Shown here: one piece after another, positions 36,738 to 47,313 of the stretch
Layout: each line of letters opens with the position of its first letter
Position numbering within the stretch: the stretch's first letter is position 1
NCBI GenBank assembly: GCA_034521025.1
Contig: JAXHMZ010000003.1
Coordinates: 79,726 to 143,725, forward strand
Source: Candidatus Campbellbacteria bacterium
GTDB lineage: Bacteria > Patescibacteriota > Minisyncoccia > Phycocordibacterales > JAXHMZ01
DNA length: 64,000 nucleotides
Reading direction: 5' to 3'
Notes under the pieces: generated by a model
Seen by the model: only the letters and a program-made list of their open reading frames with translations
Databases searched by the model: none
Told to the model about the DNA's origin: nothing
Program-made: the position numbers and the translations under genes

Positions 36738-36801
36738 TAGTGGCTGTAGTTCGTAGTTGAACATTCTAATTCTTTTGTTTCACTTTTTATTATTACCTAG
36801 T

Positions 36802-37785
36802 TCACTTATTTTTCTTTTCTTCCAGCTCTTTTGCTAAAAAATCAGCGAATTTTTTAACACTTGCATCATCAAGAACAGAAATTTCACGCACTGTTTTTTC
36901 GGTATGAGCTATGAGTTCTTCTCTTTTTTTATTAAGCGTATCTTGGTCCACTTCATCTGATTTGGTAAGTAAAATAATTTCGTGTTTATCGAGCAATTTT
37001 TCATCAAAATTTTTCAGCTCGTTTCGTACAGAATCATAAACTTCAACCACATTTTCATTTTCTAGAGAGACACAGTGAACTAACATTTTTGTACGACTGA
37101 TATGGCGCAAAAATTTATGTCCAAGCCCCTTACCTTGTGATGCCCCTTCTATAAGGCCTGGAATATCAGCGATTATAAATTCATAAAAAGTACCCAGGTG
37201 CGGTTCAAGAGTCGTGAAGTTATAGTTTCCTACTTCAGATTTTGCGTTTGTAAGAGTATTCAAAAGAGTAGACTTGCCGGCATTTGGAAGGCCCACAAAA
37301 CCCACATCAGCAATAAGTCGAAGTTCAATGAAAAAGCGCGAATGTTCACCCGGTTTTCCGTTGGTTTGCTCCATCGGATTTATGTTGGTAGAGCTTTTAA
37401 AATGAGTATTGCCCAAGCCGCCTTTCCCTCCCTTTAGAACAACCATTTCCTGACCTTCTTCTAAAAGTTCAAACTGTGCTCCATCCAACTCGCGAGTCAA
37501 AACTGTACCAATTGGCAATTCTACTATCAGATCACTGCCGTTTTTGCCGGTTTGGTTTTTACTGCGACCACTATCGCCTTTTTCAGCCTCCAAATTAGGA
37601 GAGTGGGTATAACGTGTAAGAACGGAAAGGTCTTTAACTGCCCGGATGACGACATCGCCGCCACGACCACCGTCTCCTCCCGACGGACCAGAAAATTCTT
37701 TCCCTTTGAGATGGAGCCAGCGAACTACACCATCTCCACCATCTCCGGCGCTTAGATCTAAAGTAATTTCATCTACAAATGTCAT
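36802..37785 (-). CDS. obg: GTPase Obg
   Basis: 327 aa; glycine-rich Obg fold N-domain (GDGGDG...GGRGG), G1-G4 motifs. Confidence 0.9.
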   Translation of the reverse strand: MTFVDEITLDLSAGDGGDGVVRWLHLKGKEFSGPSGGDGGRGGDVVIRAVKDLSVLTRYTHSPNLEAEKGDSGRSKNQTGKNGSDLIVELPIGTVLTRELDGAQFELLEEGQEMVVLKGGKGGLGNTHFKSSTNINPMEQTNGKPGEHSRFFIELRLIADVGFVGLPNAGKSTLLNTLTNAKSEVGNYNFTTLEPHLGTFYEFIIADIPGLIEGASQGKGLGHKFLRHISRTKMLVHCVSLENENVVEVYDSVRNELKNFDEKLLDKHEIILLTKSDEVDQDTLNKKREELIAHTEKTVREISVLDDASVKKFADFLAKELEEKKNK

Positions 37786-37790
37786 ATCAA

Positions 37791-38711
37791 TTATTCAGTT
37801 TCAAGGGCTTTATTAGCTAATTCAAAAACGCCTTCTTTTGAACTAGCTACTCCAATAAAGCGCTTATTGTGTACAAAAAAAGCGTCTTCTACACCGGAAG
37901 CGTTGACTAAATCGCCATCTCTTTTACCAGCCCATTCCTCTGGTAATAGTTTCCTAGCGTCAAAGGGAGTAGAAATAGATTTCGGCACTGATACTATTTC
38001 CCAATTACCATTCTCTGAATCCGGTTTAATTACAAACAATATTTGCGGATTATCTTCAACAAACTCCATATAAGGGTAGCTCTTTTCTAAAAATAAAATG
38101 CGCTCATCGTTGATAGAAGAATTTTTGTATGCATCCTCAACAATGGCGAATGCTTCGAGTCTGGCTTTAGCCTGCGCAATTTCTCTATCGAGCACAAGCT
38201 CTGCAATATCGAGAGCCCTAAAGAATGCTTCATTTTTAGTATAATCTGGCGCTTCTTTCCAAGTGGGGCGTAGACCATAAAAAGCCGACTGCAGGTTGTA
38301 CCTAAAAGAAATATCTACATCAGTCTCACCCCAAATATCTACTCCGTTGTCTAAAGCGTCTATGGTTTCAGCAAGTCTTTCGTCTACAGCTTTTGCCACT
38401 TCCTCACTTCCGCATACCGCGCCGCCAAATTTTTTCCAAACTAGCCCAAAAGCGGCAAAAGGTATGCCATTCTCCCTTTCACCTGCGCCTCCTTTTTGAT
38501 GGTGATCAAACCGATTAGATCCTGGATCATAAACGCCCCCAACGTCAGCAACAAAATCTGCTTGTTCAATTATGTCCTTATCCCGAGTACGTATTATTTC
38601 TATATCAGTTTGATCAACACCTTCGGACAACAAGTATTTTTTTAATGTGGCCGCGGCAAATAGATCGTCCGCGTGAAATGTACTATTGTGTACTACGATC
38701 GTTTTAGACAT
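37791..38711 (-). CDS. MYG1/UPF0160 family metal-dependent hydrolase
   Basis: 306 aa; HNSTFHADDLFA N-terminal signature. Confidence 0.75.
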   Translation of the reverse strand: MSKTIVVHNSTFHADDLFAAATLKKYLLSEGVDQTDIEIIRTRDKDIIEQADFVADVGGVYDPGSNRFDHHQKGGAGERENGIPFAAFGLVWKKFGGAVCGSEEVAKAVDERLAETIDALDNGVDIWGETDVDISFRYNLQSAFYGLRPTWKEAPDYTKNEAFFRALDIAELVLDREIAQAKARLEAFAIVEDAYKNSSINDERILFLEKSYPYMEFVEDNPQILFVIKPDSENGNWEIVSVPKSISTPFDARKLLPEEWAGKRDGDLVNASGVEDAFFVHNKRFIGVASSKEGVFELANKALETE

Positions 38712-39060
38712 TTTTCCCTTTAGAATTACTTCCCAACTCTACCGTTGAAGCTAACAATGACACGATGACCGCTCCAAATACAGCAGCCCAAAAGCCATCA
38801 ACCATAAATCCGCTCACAAACACAGCTACAAAATAGAAGAAGAATCCATTTAACACAAAAGAGAAAAGCCCTAAGGTTAAAATATTTATAGGCAGAGTAA
38901 GAACATAAAGTATGGGCTTAAGGGTTACGTTAAATATTCCCAATACAAAAGCAGAAACCACCGCTACCCAAAAACCGTCAATTTCCACTCCGGGCAAAAG
39001 CTCGGAAACTAACATCAGCGAAAGTGCCGTTATAAGCCATTTTAAAAGTAATCTATCCAT
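38704..39060 (-). CDS. phage-holin-family-4-like small membrane protein
   Basis: 118 aa, 4 TM; LKWLITALSLMLVSELLPGVEIDGFW...VSGFMVDGFWAA repeats match PF04020-type pattern. Confidence 0.65.
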   Translation of the reverse strand: MDRLLLKWLITALSLMLVSELLPGVEIDGFWVAVVSAFVLGIFNVTLKPILYVLTLPINILTLGLFSFVLNGFFFYFVAVFVSGFMVDGFWAAVFGAVIVSLLASTVELGSNSKGKNV

Positions 39061-39078
39061 ATTTTTCTATAATTAATT

Positions 39079-41628
39079 TTATGAAGTTTTAGGGTCGCTT
39101 TCGATCATTCTCCACCCTGAATTTAGCATTTCTTTAGCTTTTTTATACTTCATCTCTTTAACAACATTTCCGTCGGTTATTTTTACAATATCATTACGAC
39201 CAATTTTATCTTCTTCTGTTCTCTGTATAGGCGTAGAGGGGGATTCGCCTTGTCTCTCACTGGACCGTTTCGCCATCTCTAGCCGACTCCTAACTTGCTC
39301 GGCTTCCGCCTTAAACGCGTCAGGATCTATGTTCGGCAAAGCTCCGATAACACGGCTCTTAAGAGTTTCATTCAATTCGCGGAATAGCCGCAATGCTTCC
39401 TTCTTATACTCTACTAACGGGTCATGCTGACCGTATGCCCTCAGATTAACACTGGAGCGCAAATAGTCCATCTGGTCCAAGTGATCCATCCATAGCTTGT
39501 CTAGGGTTTGAAGATAAAGTCGCTTCATAACATTCCAGAAAGTTTCCTCTCCTAGCGCTTCTTCTTTTTCGTCGATAAGATCAGCCACTTTCTTATCCCC
39601 TTCCGCCAACTCAAATATGAGATCCTCTATATCGTCAATGTCACCTGTGAGCACCTTTAGTCTTTTCTCATAGATAGCGCTACGTTGCCGATTAAGAACA
39701 TCATCATACTCAAGAGTACGTTTCCTGGAATCAAAATTGAATCCTTCTATTTTTTCCTGCGCGCTCTCGAGTGAGCGAGTGATCATTTTGTGTTCAATGG
39801 GCTCGTCTTCCTTCACTCCCAATCTGCCCATCATTGAATTTATAGGGCCAGAAGCAAAAACCCGCATAAGTGAATCCTCCAGAGATACATAAAACTGAGT
39901 TTCGCCTGGATCACCCTGCCTTCCAGCACGACCTCGCAATTGATTATCAATACGCCTAGCCTCATGCCGTTCCGTACCGAGAACAAAAAGCCCGCCGAGC
40001 TCTAATATCTCTTGTCTTTCCTCCTCTGTTGCGCTTGGACCACCAAGTTTGATATCTACTCCTCTACCGGCCATATTGGTAGCAATGGTAACTCGCCCCT
40101 TTTTACCCGCTTCTGATATAATCTCTCCTTCTCGTGCATGGTTTTTGGCGTTGAGCACCTCATGCGGAACCCCCTCCTTTTTCAAGAAACTCGAAAGAAG
40201 TTCGTTTTTGTCAACTGAGACAGTACCTACCAATACCGGCTGTCCTTTTTTGTGTAGCTCTTTAAGTTTTCTGGCTACAGCTTTGAATTTTCCCTGCTCG
40301 GTCTTAAATATTTGATCGTTCCTGTCAATGCGCGCTATTGGTTTATTGGTCGGAATTACGACCGTATCCAATCCATACGTTTTATAAAATTCTTCCGAGG
40401 AAGTTTCGGCGGTACCGGTCATGCCGGATAGCTTGTCATACAATCTAAAGAAATTTTGATAGGTAACAGAAGCAACTGTCTTTGATTCTTTCTGAATAGC
40501 GACCCCTTCTTTTGCTTCGATCGCTTGATGAAGTCCGGCGCTATAACGCCTCCCCGGTTGCAACCTACCAGTGAATTCATCAACAATAATTACCGATCCA
40601 TCTCTGACCATATACTTATCATCTCTTTTAAATAATGCTTTAGCCCGAACAGCTGTTTCCAGATGATGAACGTATTTTATTCCTCTTTCAGTATAAATAT
40701 TTTCTACACCCAACGCTTCTTCGGCTTTCGATATTCCTGATTCAGTTAAGGAAATAGCGCCTAATTTCTCATCCACTGTATAGTCTTCGTCTTCCTTCAG
40801 TCTGCCTGCTATAGTAGCGAACGTCTGATATAGGTCCTCTGATTCCGCGGCGGGAGCTGAAATTATCAAAGGGGTGCGCGCTTCGTCTATCAATATAGAA
40901 TCCACCTCGTCAATAATGGCAAAGGGGTGTTCTTTTTGCCGTATTTGTTCCGGGACGTATTCCAAATTATCGCGCAGATAGTCAAAACCAAACTCACTGT
41001 TCGTGCCATAGGTAATATCAGTTTCGTACGCCTCACGTCGAGAGATCGGGCGTAAAAATTCATCTACTACTTTATGACTTCCTTCTTCGTCACGTTCTTC
41101 ATCCAACTCCTCGGTATTCTTTACCTGTTCTTGGTCGTATATAAAGGAAATATTGGAGGAGTTTATGGCACTTACGGAAATACCCAGAAAATCATATATT
41201 TCTCCCATCCACACAGCGTCACGTCGAGCTAGATAGTCATTAACAGTAACTATATGCACCCCTTTTCCGTTAAGCGCGTTCAAATATGCTGGCAAGGTTG
41301 CCACTAGAGTTTTCCCTTCACCAGTGCGCATCTCAGCAATTTTCCCTTGATGAATTACTATTCCGCCGATCAACTGAACGTCAAAATGCCTTTCTCCGTG
41401 TACCCGCTTAGATACTTCACGTACCACCGCGAATGCCTCAGGTAAAATATCATCCAGAGTCTTACCGTCAGCTAAGGCCTTTTTAAATTCTGCCGTTTTC
41501 CCCTGAAGATCAGCGTCAGACAATGAAGAAATTTCTTCTTCCAGGTCATTTATCTTTTTTACAGTAGGCTGAAGGGCTTTTATGGCCCGTTTGTGCTCAT
41601 CTCCGAATATCTTCTTGAGTAGCTTCAT
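39079..41628 (-). CDS. secA: preprotein translocase ATPase SecA
   Basis: 849 aa; DEAD-like motor, full length. Confidence 0.97.
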   Translation of the reverse strand: MKLLKKIFGDEHKRAIKALQPTVKKINDLEEEISSLSDADLQGKTAEFKKALADGKTLDDILPEAFAVVREVSKRVHGERHFDVQLIGGIVIHQGKIAEMRTGEGKTLVATLPAYLNALNGKGVHIVTVNDYLARRDAVWMGEIYDFLGISVSAINSSNISFIYDQEQVKNTEELDEERDEEGSHKVVDEFLRPISRREAYETDITYGTNSEFGFDYLRDNLEYVPEQIRQKEHPFAIIDEVDSILIDEARTPLIISAPAAESEDLYQTFATIAGRLKEDEDYTVDEKLGAISLTESGISKAEEALGVENIYTERGIKYVHHLETAVRAKALFKRDDKYMVRDGSVIIVDEFTGRLQPGRRYSAGLHQAIEAKEGVAIQKESKTVASVTYQNFFRLYDKLSGMTGTAETSSEEFYKTYGLDTVVIPTNKPIARIDRNDQIFKTEQGKFKAVARKLKELHKKGQPVLVGTVSVDKNELLSSFLKKEGVPHEVLNAKNHAREGEIISEAGKKGRVTIATNMAGRGVDIKLGGPSATEEERQEILELGGLFVLGTERHEARRIDNQLRGRAGRQGDPGETQFYVSLEDSLMRVFASGPINSMMGRLGVKEDEPIEHKMITRSLESAQEKIEGFNFDSRKRTLEYDDVLNRQRSAIYEKRLKVLTGDIDDIEDLIFELAEGDKKVADLIDEKEEALGEETFWNVMKRLYLQTLDKLWMDHLDQMDYLRSSVNLRAYGQHDPLVEYKKEALRLFRELNETLKSRVIGALPNIDPDAFKAEAEQVRSRLEMAKRSSERQGESPSTPIQRTEEDKIGRNDIVKITDGNVVKEMKYKKAKEMLNSGWRMIESDPKTS

Positions 41629-41713
41629 ACAAAGGGAATGTTATCAAATACAAAGCATTTTTAACAGCTACAAATTAAATATAGGGGGTTTAATAAAATA
41701 AAAATCTAAAGGA

Positions 41714-42745
41714 TCAGTCAAAATTTCCGATAAATTTAGCTTCGGCTTCTATTTCTATACCAGTTTTATCAAACACACATTTCTTTATCTCGCGAGTGAG
41801 GTCTCTAATATCATTGGCGGTTCCGTCATATGGATTAATAATAACCAAAGCATGTCTCTCGTACACCTTAACGCCTCCAACAGACGATCCTTTCATTTGG
41901 CAAATCTTTTCTATGATCCATGCCAGTGGGATCTTAACTTTCCCTGTTTTTGTCTCAAAGCCCGGCAGATCATCATAGTTCCTCCTAATATTTTCAAATT
42001 GCCTTTTTGGTATTTCAGGATTTTTAAAAAAGGAACCGACCGTAGGAAGTTCCCTCCAATCCGGAAGCTTCTTTCTTCTAATTTTTACCACTAATTCACG
42101 AACATCCTCCGGCGTTAGTTGTGAAAAATCTATTTTTTCCTTTTCGATTTCAAGTTGAATATCTTTGTAATCCAAATTTAGATTCCCGTTCTTCTGTAGC
42201 TCCAAAGTAACTTTCGTAATAATAAAGTTATTTGTTTGTTTGAATAAACTGTTGCGGTAAGAAAAATTACACTCCTCTTTTTGAAATACCTTATTCTTTT
42301 GTTCGCTAATATCAAAAGCCTCTACGGAGACAACGTTATCTTTCAGCTCGGATCCATAAGCGCCGATATTTTGGACAGGCGCTGCACCCACAGTACCCGG
42401 AATAAGTGATAGATTTTCTAATCCATATAACTCCCTTTCGGCACTTCTCTCGACCAACCTGTCCCAATTTTCGCCCGCTCCAGCTGTAACTTGAACATTA
42501 TTTTGATTATCTGTAAAAGAAATTCCCCTGATATCATTTTTTATAACCAACCCCTCAAAACCCTTATCCGAGACAATTATGTTGGATCCGCCCCCTAGCA
42601 CAAAAATTGGCAAGTTCTCTTTTTTAGCCCAACGCACCGCCTCGGCGACTTCATCTATATTAGATACCGAAGTAAAAAAGCGGGCATTTCCACCCACTTT
42701 CATAGTAGTCATATTTTTCAGCAAGACGCTCTTTTTTATATCCAT
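41714..42745 (-). CDS. murB: UDP-N-acetylenolpyruvoylglucosamine reductase
   Basis: start at MDIKKSVLLKNMTTMKVGGNA; FAD-binding and C-terminal MurB domains. Confidence 0.85.
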   Translation of the reverse strand: MDIKKSVLLKNMTTMKVGGNARFFTSVSNIDEVAEAVRWAKKENLPIFVLGGGSNIIVSDKGFEGLVIKNDIRGISFTDNQNNVQVTAGAGENWDRLVERSAERELYGLENLSLIPGTVGAAPVQNIGAYGSELKDNVVSVEAFDISEQKNKVFQKEECNFSYRNSLFKQTNNFIITKVTLELQKNGNLNLDYKDIQLEIEKEKIDFSQLTPEDVRELVVKIRRKKLPDWRELPTVGSFFKNPEIPKRQFENIRRNYDDLPGFETKTGKVKIPLAWIIEKICQMKGSSVGGVKVYERHALVIINPYDGTANDIRDLTREIKKCVFDKTGIEIEAEAKFIGNFD

Positions 42746-42862
42746 AGTTACAACTAGAGGTGACCGGCGGGTACGAGCTCCAAATGTCAAAATCTGAGTG
42801 CAGCCGCCGGCCACCTCTGGCTATAACCACACGTAAAGTATAACAAACATTTTTTGAATTTC

Positions 42863-42899
42863 ACAAGCAAAAACACAAAATCCCCCGGAAGGGGATTTT
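42863..42899 (-). terminator. intrinsic terminator downstream of LTD protein gene
   Basis: minus strand AAATCCCC-TTCCG-GGGGATTTTGTGTTTTTGCTTG. Confidence 0.6.
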
Positions 42900-42978
42900 G
42901 TGTTGACATTTGCAGGAGCTCGCCTGCACTCGGAGTTAATCCTAACAATATTGTTCTACTTTGTCAACTTTAGTATCT

Positions 42979-44169
42979 TCAAACGGCCAACTTTTCAATC
43001 ATTAGCTCGAGTTCTCCTAGTATCTCTTCGTACTTCCCCATCGGTTCTTTTTTATAATTCACAAACTCATCGACAACTTCACCATTGCCATCCAAAAGAA
43101 ACACCGGTTTTGTGCCAACTTTTCCCTCTAGACTTACCGACATAATTTCTTCTGGAAGAATATGAGTACCTTTAGCGAAAGTAATTGCCCTGTCTTCCTT
43201 TTCGATCCTCCAATCCGATACGTCCAATTCATACGGACTTTCGTTTCTTACTTCCACCCACTCTTCGGTAGCATCGTTTAAAGCTAAGCTATTAGTTTCT
43301 ACAACTTCTATTTTTACTCTATCGCGGTAAGTATTGTTATCATGCTCTACCAAAAGGATGACGCTGTAAAAACCGGGCCTGTCATACGAATGCCTAACTA
43401 CATCGCCTCTGTCACCTTTTCCGTCACCAAAAGCCCAAATTAGATCTCGGCCCCCGACCTTCTCACCTCCTTCGAATTTGGCTCTGCCGATAAAACGAAC
43501 ATCCTCGCCCACAAAAGCCCTTTTATTTTCTCCGGCGCTCAAATAAAGATCTTCGTCCTCAAATGGCCATTCACTTTCTAGGTTACTGAACGAGTCCTCG
43601 CTATCTGAATCTTTTGTATCTTCCGACGCGCCTTCTTCCTCATTTGGCGGCTCAAAAACAGTGGTTGTATTTTCTTCACCGGGAGTTGGCAGTCCTTCTA
43701 TCCAGTCCGCATTCTCTTGTTTTTGCAAGGAAGCTCCATTTCCACCGGCTCCCCACTCAGAGTCATACTGAACACTATCAATAATATTTCCGGAGGCATC
43801 TTTGAAGGCAATTAACTCCCCGGTGTTATTTAATGAAAAGACGCTGTCGAAAACAGCGCCTTCATATTGGGGGAAATCCTGGAGGAATTTATCAGGGTCA
43901 TCTGCTAATACCGCGTGAGAATTCGCGCTCAGATCAGTGCTGCCTAAAAAGTTCTCAATTCTGTGATTGGTGTCGTTCTCAAAGAAACCGAGCTCAGTTA
44001 TATTTACCGATTGAGCACTCCCGTTATATATTTCTACCCACTCAAAACCACTGTCTGTTCCTTTTCTGTCGTAAAAAATTTCCGTTATTTCAATTTGCGC
44101 GAAAGCAAAGCTTGGAAGCGCGTAGCTACTCAATAAAATAGCGATAAATATAAGTTGTTTTTTATTCAT
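42979..44169 (-). CDS. secreted lamin-tail-domain (LTD) protein
   Basis: 396 aa; signal peptide; IEITEIFYDRKGTDSGFEWVEIYNGS LTD signature, second LTD-like segment (EEWVEVRNES) near C-terminus. Confidence 0.7.
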   Translation of the reverse strand: MNKKQLIFIAILLSSYALPSFAFAQIEITEIFYDRKGTDSGFEWVEIYNGSAQSVNITELGFFENDTNHRIENFLGSTDLSANSHAVLADDPDKFLQDFPQYEGAVFDSVFSLNNTGELIAFKDASGNIIDSVQYDSEWGAGGNGASLQKQENADWIEGLPTPGEENTTTVFEPPNEEEGASEDTKDSDSEDSFSNLESEWPFEDEDLYLSAGENKRAFVGEDVRFIGRAKFEGGEKVGGRDLIWAFGDGKGDRGDVVRHSYDRPGFYSVILLVEHDNNTYRDRVKIEVVETNSLALNDATEEWVEVRNESPYELDVSDWRIEKEDRAITFAKGTHILPEEIMSVSLEGKVGTKPVFLLDGNGEVVDEFVNYKKEPMGKYEEILGELELMIEKLAV

Positions 44170-45922
44170 TGTTGTAGTCCTCGTCTACGCGTAGGATCTT
44201 TTTTAATTTATTCTTTGGGATTTCATTTGTTTTTTCTAAAGATTCAGAATTGTTATTAGTAAAGCTATCTCTATTATCTCGCAATGGTTTCTGTTCTGAT
44301 TTTTTCTCTTTGTCTTTAGTCTCTTTTGGTGGTCTGATCTTTTCTTTATTACCAACTTGATCGCTTTTCATCTTCTCATCGATCGCCGGAGAAGCTGGTT
44401 CGGGAGCGCCGGTCAGATTCTTTAAAGCTTCGCGTAAGCTGTTTCGGTGATTCTCATCGCCGACCTTTGGCTTGTCATTGTTTTTTGTCTCTTTAGGTGT
44501 TTCTTCTCGGGGCGCTTTCTCTTTTTGTGTTGTCTCTTTTTTGTAATTCGGCTTTTTGTCTTGCCTAGGGGCTTTTCCCTTGTCGATTCTCTCAGAATGA
44601 GAAGATTCTGTTTTTTCTTGACTCTTCTTAATTGTGGATTCAACGTCAGATCTCGGTGTTCCAAAGTTTTTGCGACTATGCGCTATAGCGACGTCACGAT
44701 ATGAAATACGAGGCTCCTCTATGGGTGGCATCGTAGTAGCAGAAAAAGGAGTTGAAGAAATACCATCTACCATCAACTTAAGATAGACCTGAGCAAAGCC
44801 AAGGTTGACCATATCCTCAGCGGTAAACTGCGGAGCAAACTCCTTTTCTAGAATTTCCGCGTCGTAAGCTCCAACCCTGAACGAGATCATAGTCCCAACG
44901 TTACCAAAAACGGCCGCGCGCACCTCCTCAGACATCTGTTCAATATACTGGTGAGCTATAGTTAAATTGAGTTTGTATTTGCGGGCCTCGGAAAGAATGT
45001 TAGCGAAACTTTCATTGGCAAAGGATTGAAATTCATCTACGTAAAGATAAAAATTGGGCAACGTACTCATTATCTCGGGTGAGCTGTCGGCACGCGACAT
45101 AGCAGCAAGGTATATTTTTGTTATCAGCATCGACCCTAACAGGTTGGCGTTTTGCTCTCCGACCAACCCCTTTGAAAGGTTGATAATTATGATCTTTCGT
45201 TTGTCCATTATGTCACGAATATCAAACGACGATTTTGGCTGTCCGATGATATTGCGTATCAGTGGATTGGAGGTAAATTGTCCTACCTTGTTTTGAATAG
45301 CAGGAGTAGCTTCTTGCGCGTAGCGATCCGTGTAACTGGCAAATTCTTCTTCCCAGAATGATTTAACAAGCGGATCCTGAACGTAATCAACTACCTTTTT
45401 GCGGAAATCTTTATCGGTATACATTCTATTAATATCGAGCATTGTCGTTCCGGGATACTCAAGAAGCGCCAAGATCGTATTTCCGAGTATGTATTCCATC
45501 CGAGAGCTCCACGCGTCAATCCAGATCTTTTTGAATGCGCTCATTAATCCGTCTAATACCAAGTGGCGTTTATCTTCACCTACATCCTCCATCACATTAA
45601 ATGAGATGGGATGATCCACGTCGAAAGGAGCGAAGTAAAGAACGTCATCTACCCGTTCCTCAGGTATATACTCTAATAATTTCTCCGCTGTTGAACCGTG
45701 AGGATCCAGAAAGGCAATCCCATTACCTCTTTGGATATCCTGGATAGCCATGTTTTCAAGCAGGGTGGATTTACCCATTCCAGTCTTACCGATCACGTAA
45801 ACATGTCGCGTGCGATCTTTTGCCTTAATACCGAACTCTACATCTTTATTCCGGTGATCCGTTCGGGCAAAGTAGGTTACTCTTTCGTTATCCATAATTA
45901 AAGATATTGTAACAGAAAACAA
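44162..45922 (-). CDS. TraG/TraD/VirD4-family (type IV coupling-protein-like) ATPase with K/E-rich C-terminal tail
   Basis: 586 aa; Walker A VIGKTGMGKST, Walker B YLYVDEFQSF, C-terminal RKYKLNLTIAHQ (TraG-D_C-like); no N-terminal TM. Confidence 0.6.
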   Translation of the reverse strand: MFSVTISLIMDNERVTYFARTDHRNKDVEFGIKAKDRTRHVYVIGKTGMGKSTLLENMAIQDIQRGNGIAFLDPHGSTAEKLLEYIPEERVDDVLYFAPFDVDHPISFNVMEDVGEDKRHLVLDGLMSAFKKIWIDAWSSRMEYILGNTILALLEYPGTTMLDINRMYTDKDFRKKVVDYVQDPLVKSFWEEEFASYTDRYAQEATPAIQNKVGQFTSNPLIRNIIGQPKSSFDIRDIMDKRKIIIINLSKGLVGEQNANLLGSMLITKIYLAAMSRADSSPEIMSTLPNFYLYVDEFQSFANESFANILSEARKYKLNLTIAHQYIEQMSEEVRAAVFGNVGTMISFRVGAYDAEILEKEFAPQFTAEDMVNLGFAQVYLKLMVDGISSTPFSATTMPPIEEPRISYRDVAIAHSRKNFGTPRSDVESTIKKSQEKTESSHSERIDKGKAPRQDKKPNYKKETTQKEKAPREETPKETKNNDKPKVGDENHRNSLREALKNLTGAPEPASPAIDEKMKSDQVGNKEKIRPPKETKDKEKKSEQKPLRDNRDSFTNNNSESLEKTNEIPKNKLKKILRVDEDYNNE

Positions 45923-45948
45923 AAATTCATAAATGTAAAATACGTTAT

Positions 45949-47307
45949 CTATTCGCTTTTTTGCTCAAGAGCCTCTAGCGTATAAACGTTTCCTGGGTCC
46001 CAAAGCATCCAAGAATCCAGTCCTGCCGCATATGTAGCCTCTATTTGCGCTCTTACATCCTCGGCATCATAGTCTCCTCCGTAATCAAAGTCCTGTAACC
46101 ACGGTCGAATTTTATCGGCTTCATAGGATTCTTTTGTATACAGGGTCTTTTTACATTCCGGCGGCAGTGGCTTCTCTTCAGTATCCGTACTACCTTCAGC
46201 TGACTCCGATTCTTCATTTTCCTCAACTTCGCACTTAATTACCTCTGAGTCCAAGGTTTTAATAATGCTGGAGTCAGCAACGGCTCTCTCCACCGCCGAG
46301 TCCATTACATACTTTATGAGCGGACCGGGTACCTCATTGGGGTTACTCCAACCATTGAATCCGGTCGGATAATGAGAGGGATAAACCATCGGAGATACGT
46401 AGTCAAAGTACGGAAGAGTTTTCTCCAGAACTTGACCAATTGACATATCATCAAAGTTGGTAGTTGTCATACCAAAAATATCAACCGAAGTGACAACGTT
46501 GGGAATTTCTTCTTCCAGAGTTTCGTCCAAGTACTTAAAAAATGTCTCCAAAGTATTGGCCTTGCTTGCAGTCCCTGTATGTGGGAATTGGATATCTTGC
46601 AAATTGCCATCAGTTGGATAACGGACATAATCAAAGTTAAGCTCATCAAAGCCGATATAATATGACTCCTTAGCTATTTCAACTGTGTGCTCCCAGGCCT
46701 CGCGAGCACCGACATCAATAAAAGCTAAACCTTTATCGTCTCTCCATACTGAACCGTCAGATGCCTTCTGAACCGCCCACTGAGGATTCTTCTCGACGTA
46801 ATAAGGATCTTGAAAAACCGTTATTCTACCAATGACATACACATCCTTTTCATGAAGTTTGGATATAAATCCTTCCATATCTTTTGCTCCACAGCGGCTG
46901 TTTTCCCAGAGCCCTAAAAGATCTTTGTTCTCAGGAACGAACGAGAGTGTTCCAGTGTAGTCCTTGATATCAATAACTATAGAATTTATCTCTGTAGTAT
47001 CAACGATCTCTATAAATCTTTCCCTGAATGATGGAGTACCTGCCGCGCAACTTGTCATATATACAGCCCTAACAGACTCCGGAGTTTCAATATGCCTTGT
47101 ATCAGACTCGTCTTTTTCTTCTTTATTATTCAACAGATCTCCCAATTTGTTAGCCACTCCCTCACCGGATCGATGTTCTATCTTGTAAGCAAAGAGTGAA
47201 GAATGATCAGCCAGTGCATACAAAAAAGCTCCCAAGCTGATCACTAAGACCATAACGGCAACTAGTAATTTTATCACTTTCCTTTTTTTTCTTCGTTTTC
47301 TGGCCAT
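45949..47307 (-). CDS. membrane-anchored putative glycoside-hydrolase-like TIM-barrel protein (DUF4015-like)
   Basis: 452 aa; N-terminal basic stretch plus TM; family assignment tentative. Confidence 0.45.
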   Translation of the reverse strand: MARKRRKKRKVIKLLVAVMVLVISLGAFLYALADHSSLFAYKIEHRSGEGVANKLGDLLNNKEEKDESDTRHIETPESVRAVYMTSCAAGTPSFRERFIEIVDTTEINSIVIDIKDYTGTLSFVPENKDLLGLWENSRCGAKDMEGFISKLHEKDVYVIGRITVFQDPYYVEKNPQWAVQKASDGSVWRDDKGLAFIDVGAREAWEHTVEIAKESYYIGFDELNFDYVRYPTDGNLQDIQFPHTGTASKANTLETFFKYLDETLEEEIPNVVTSVDIFGMTTTNFDDMSIGQVLEKTLPYFDYVSPMVYPSHYPTGFNGWSNPNEVPGPLIKYVMDSAVERAVADSSIIKTLDSEVIKCEVEENEESESAEGSTDTEEKPLPPECKKTLYTKESYEADKIRPWLQDFDYGGDYDAEDVRAQIEATYAAGLDSWMLWDPGNVYTLEALEQKSE

Positions 47308-47313
47308 ACAAAA

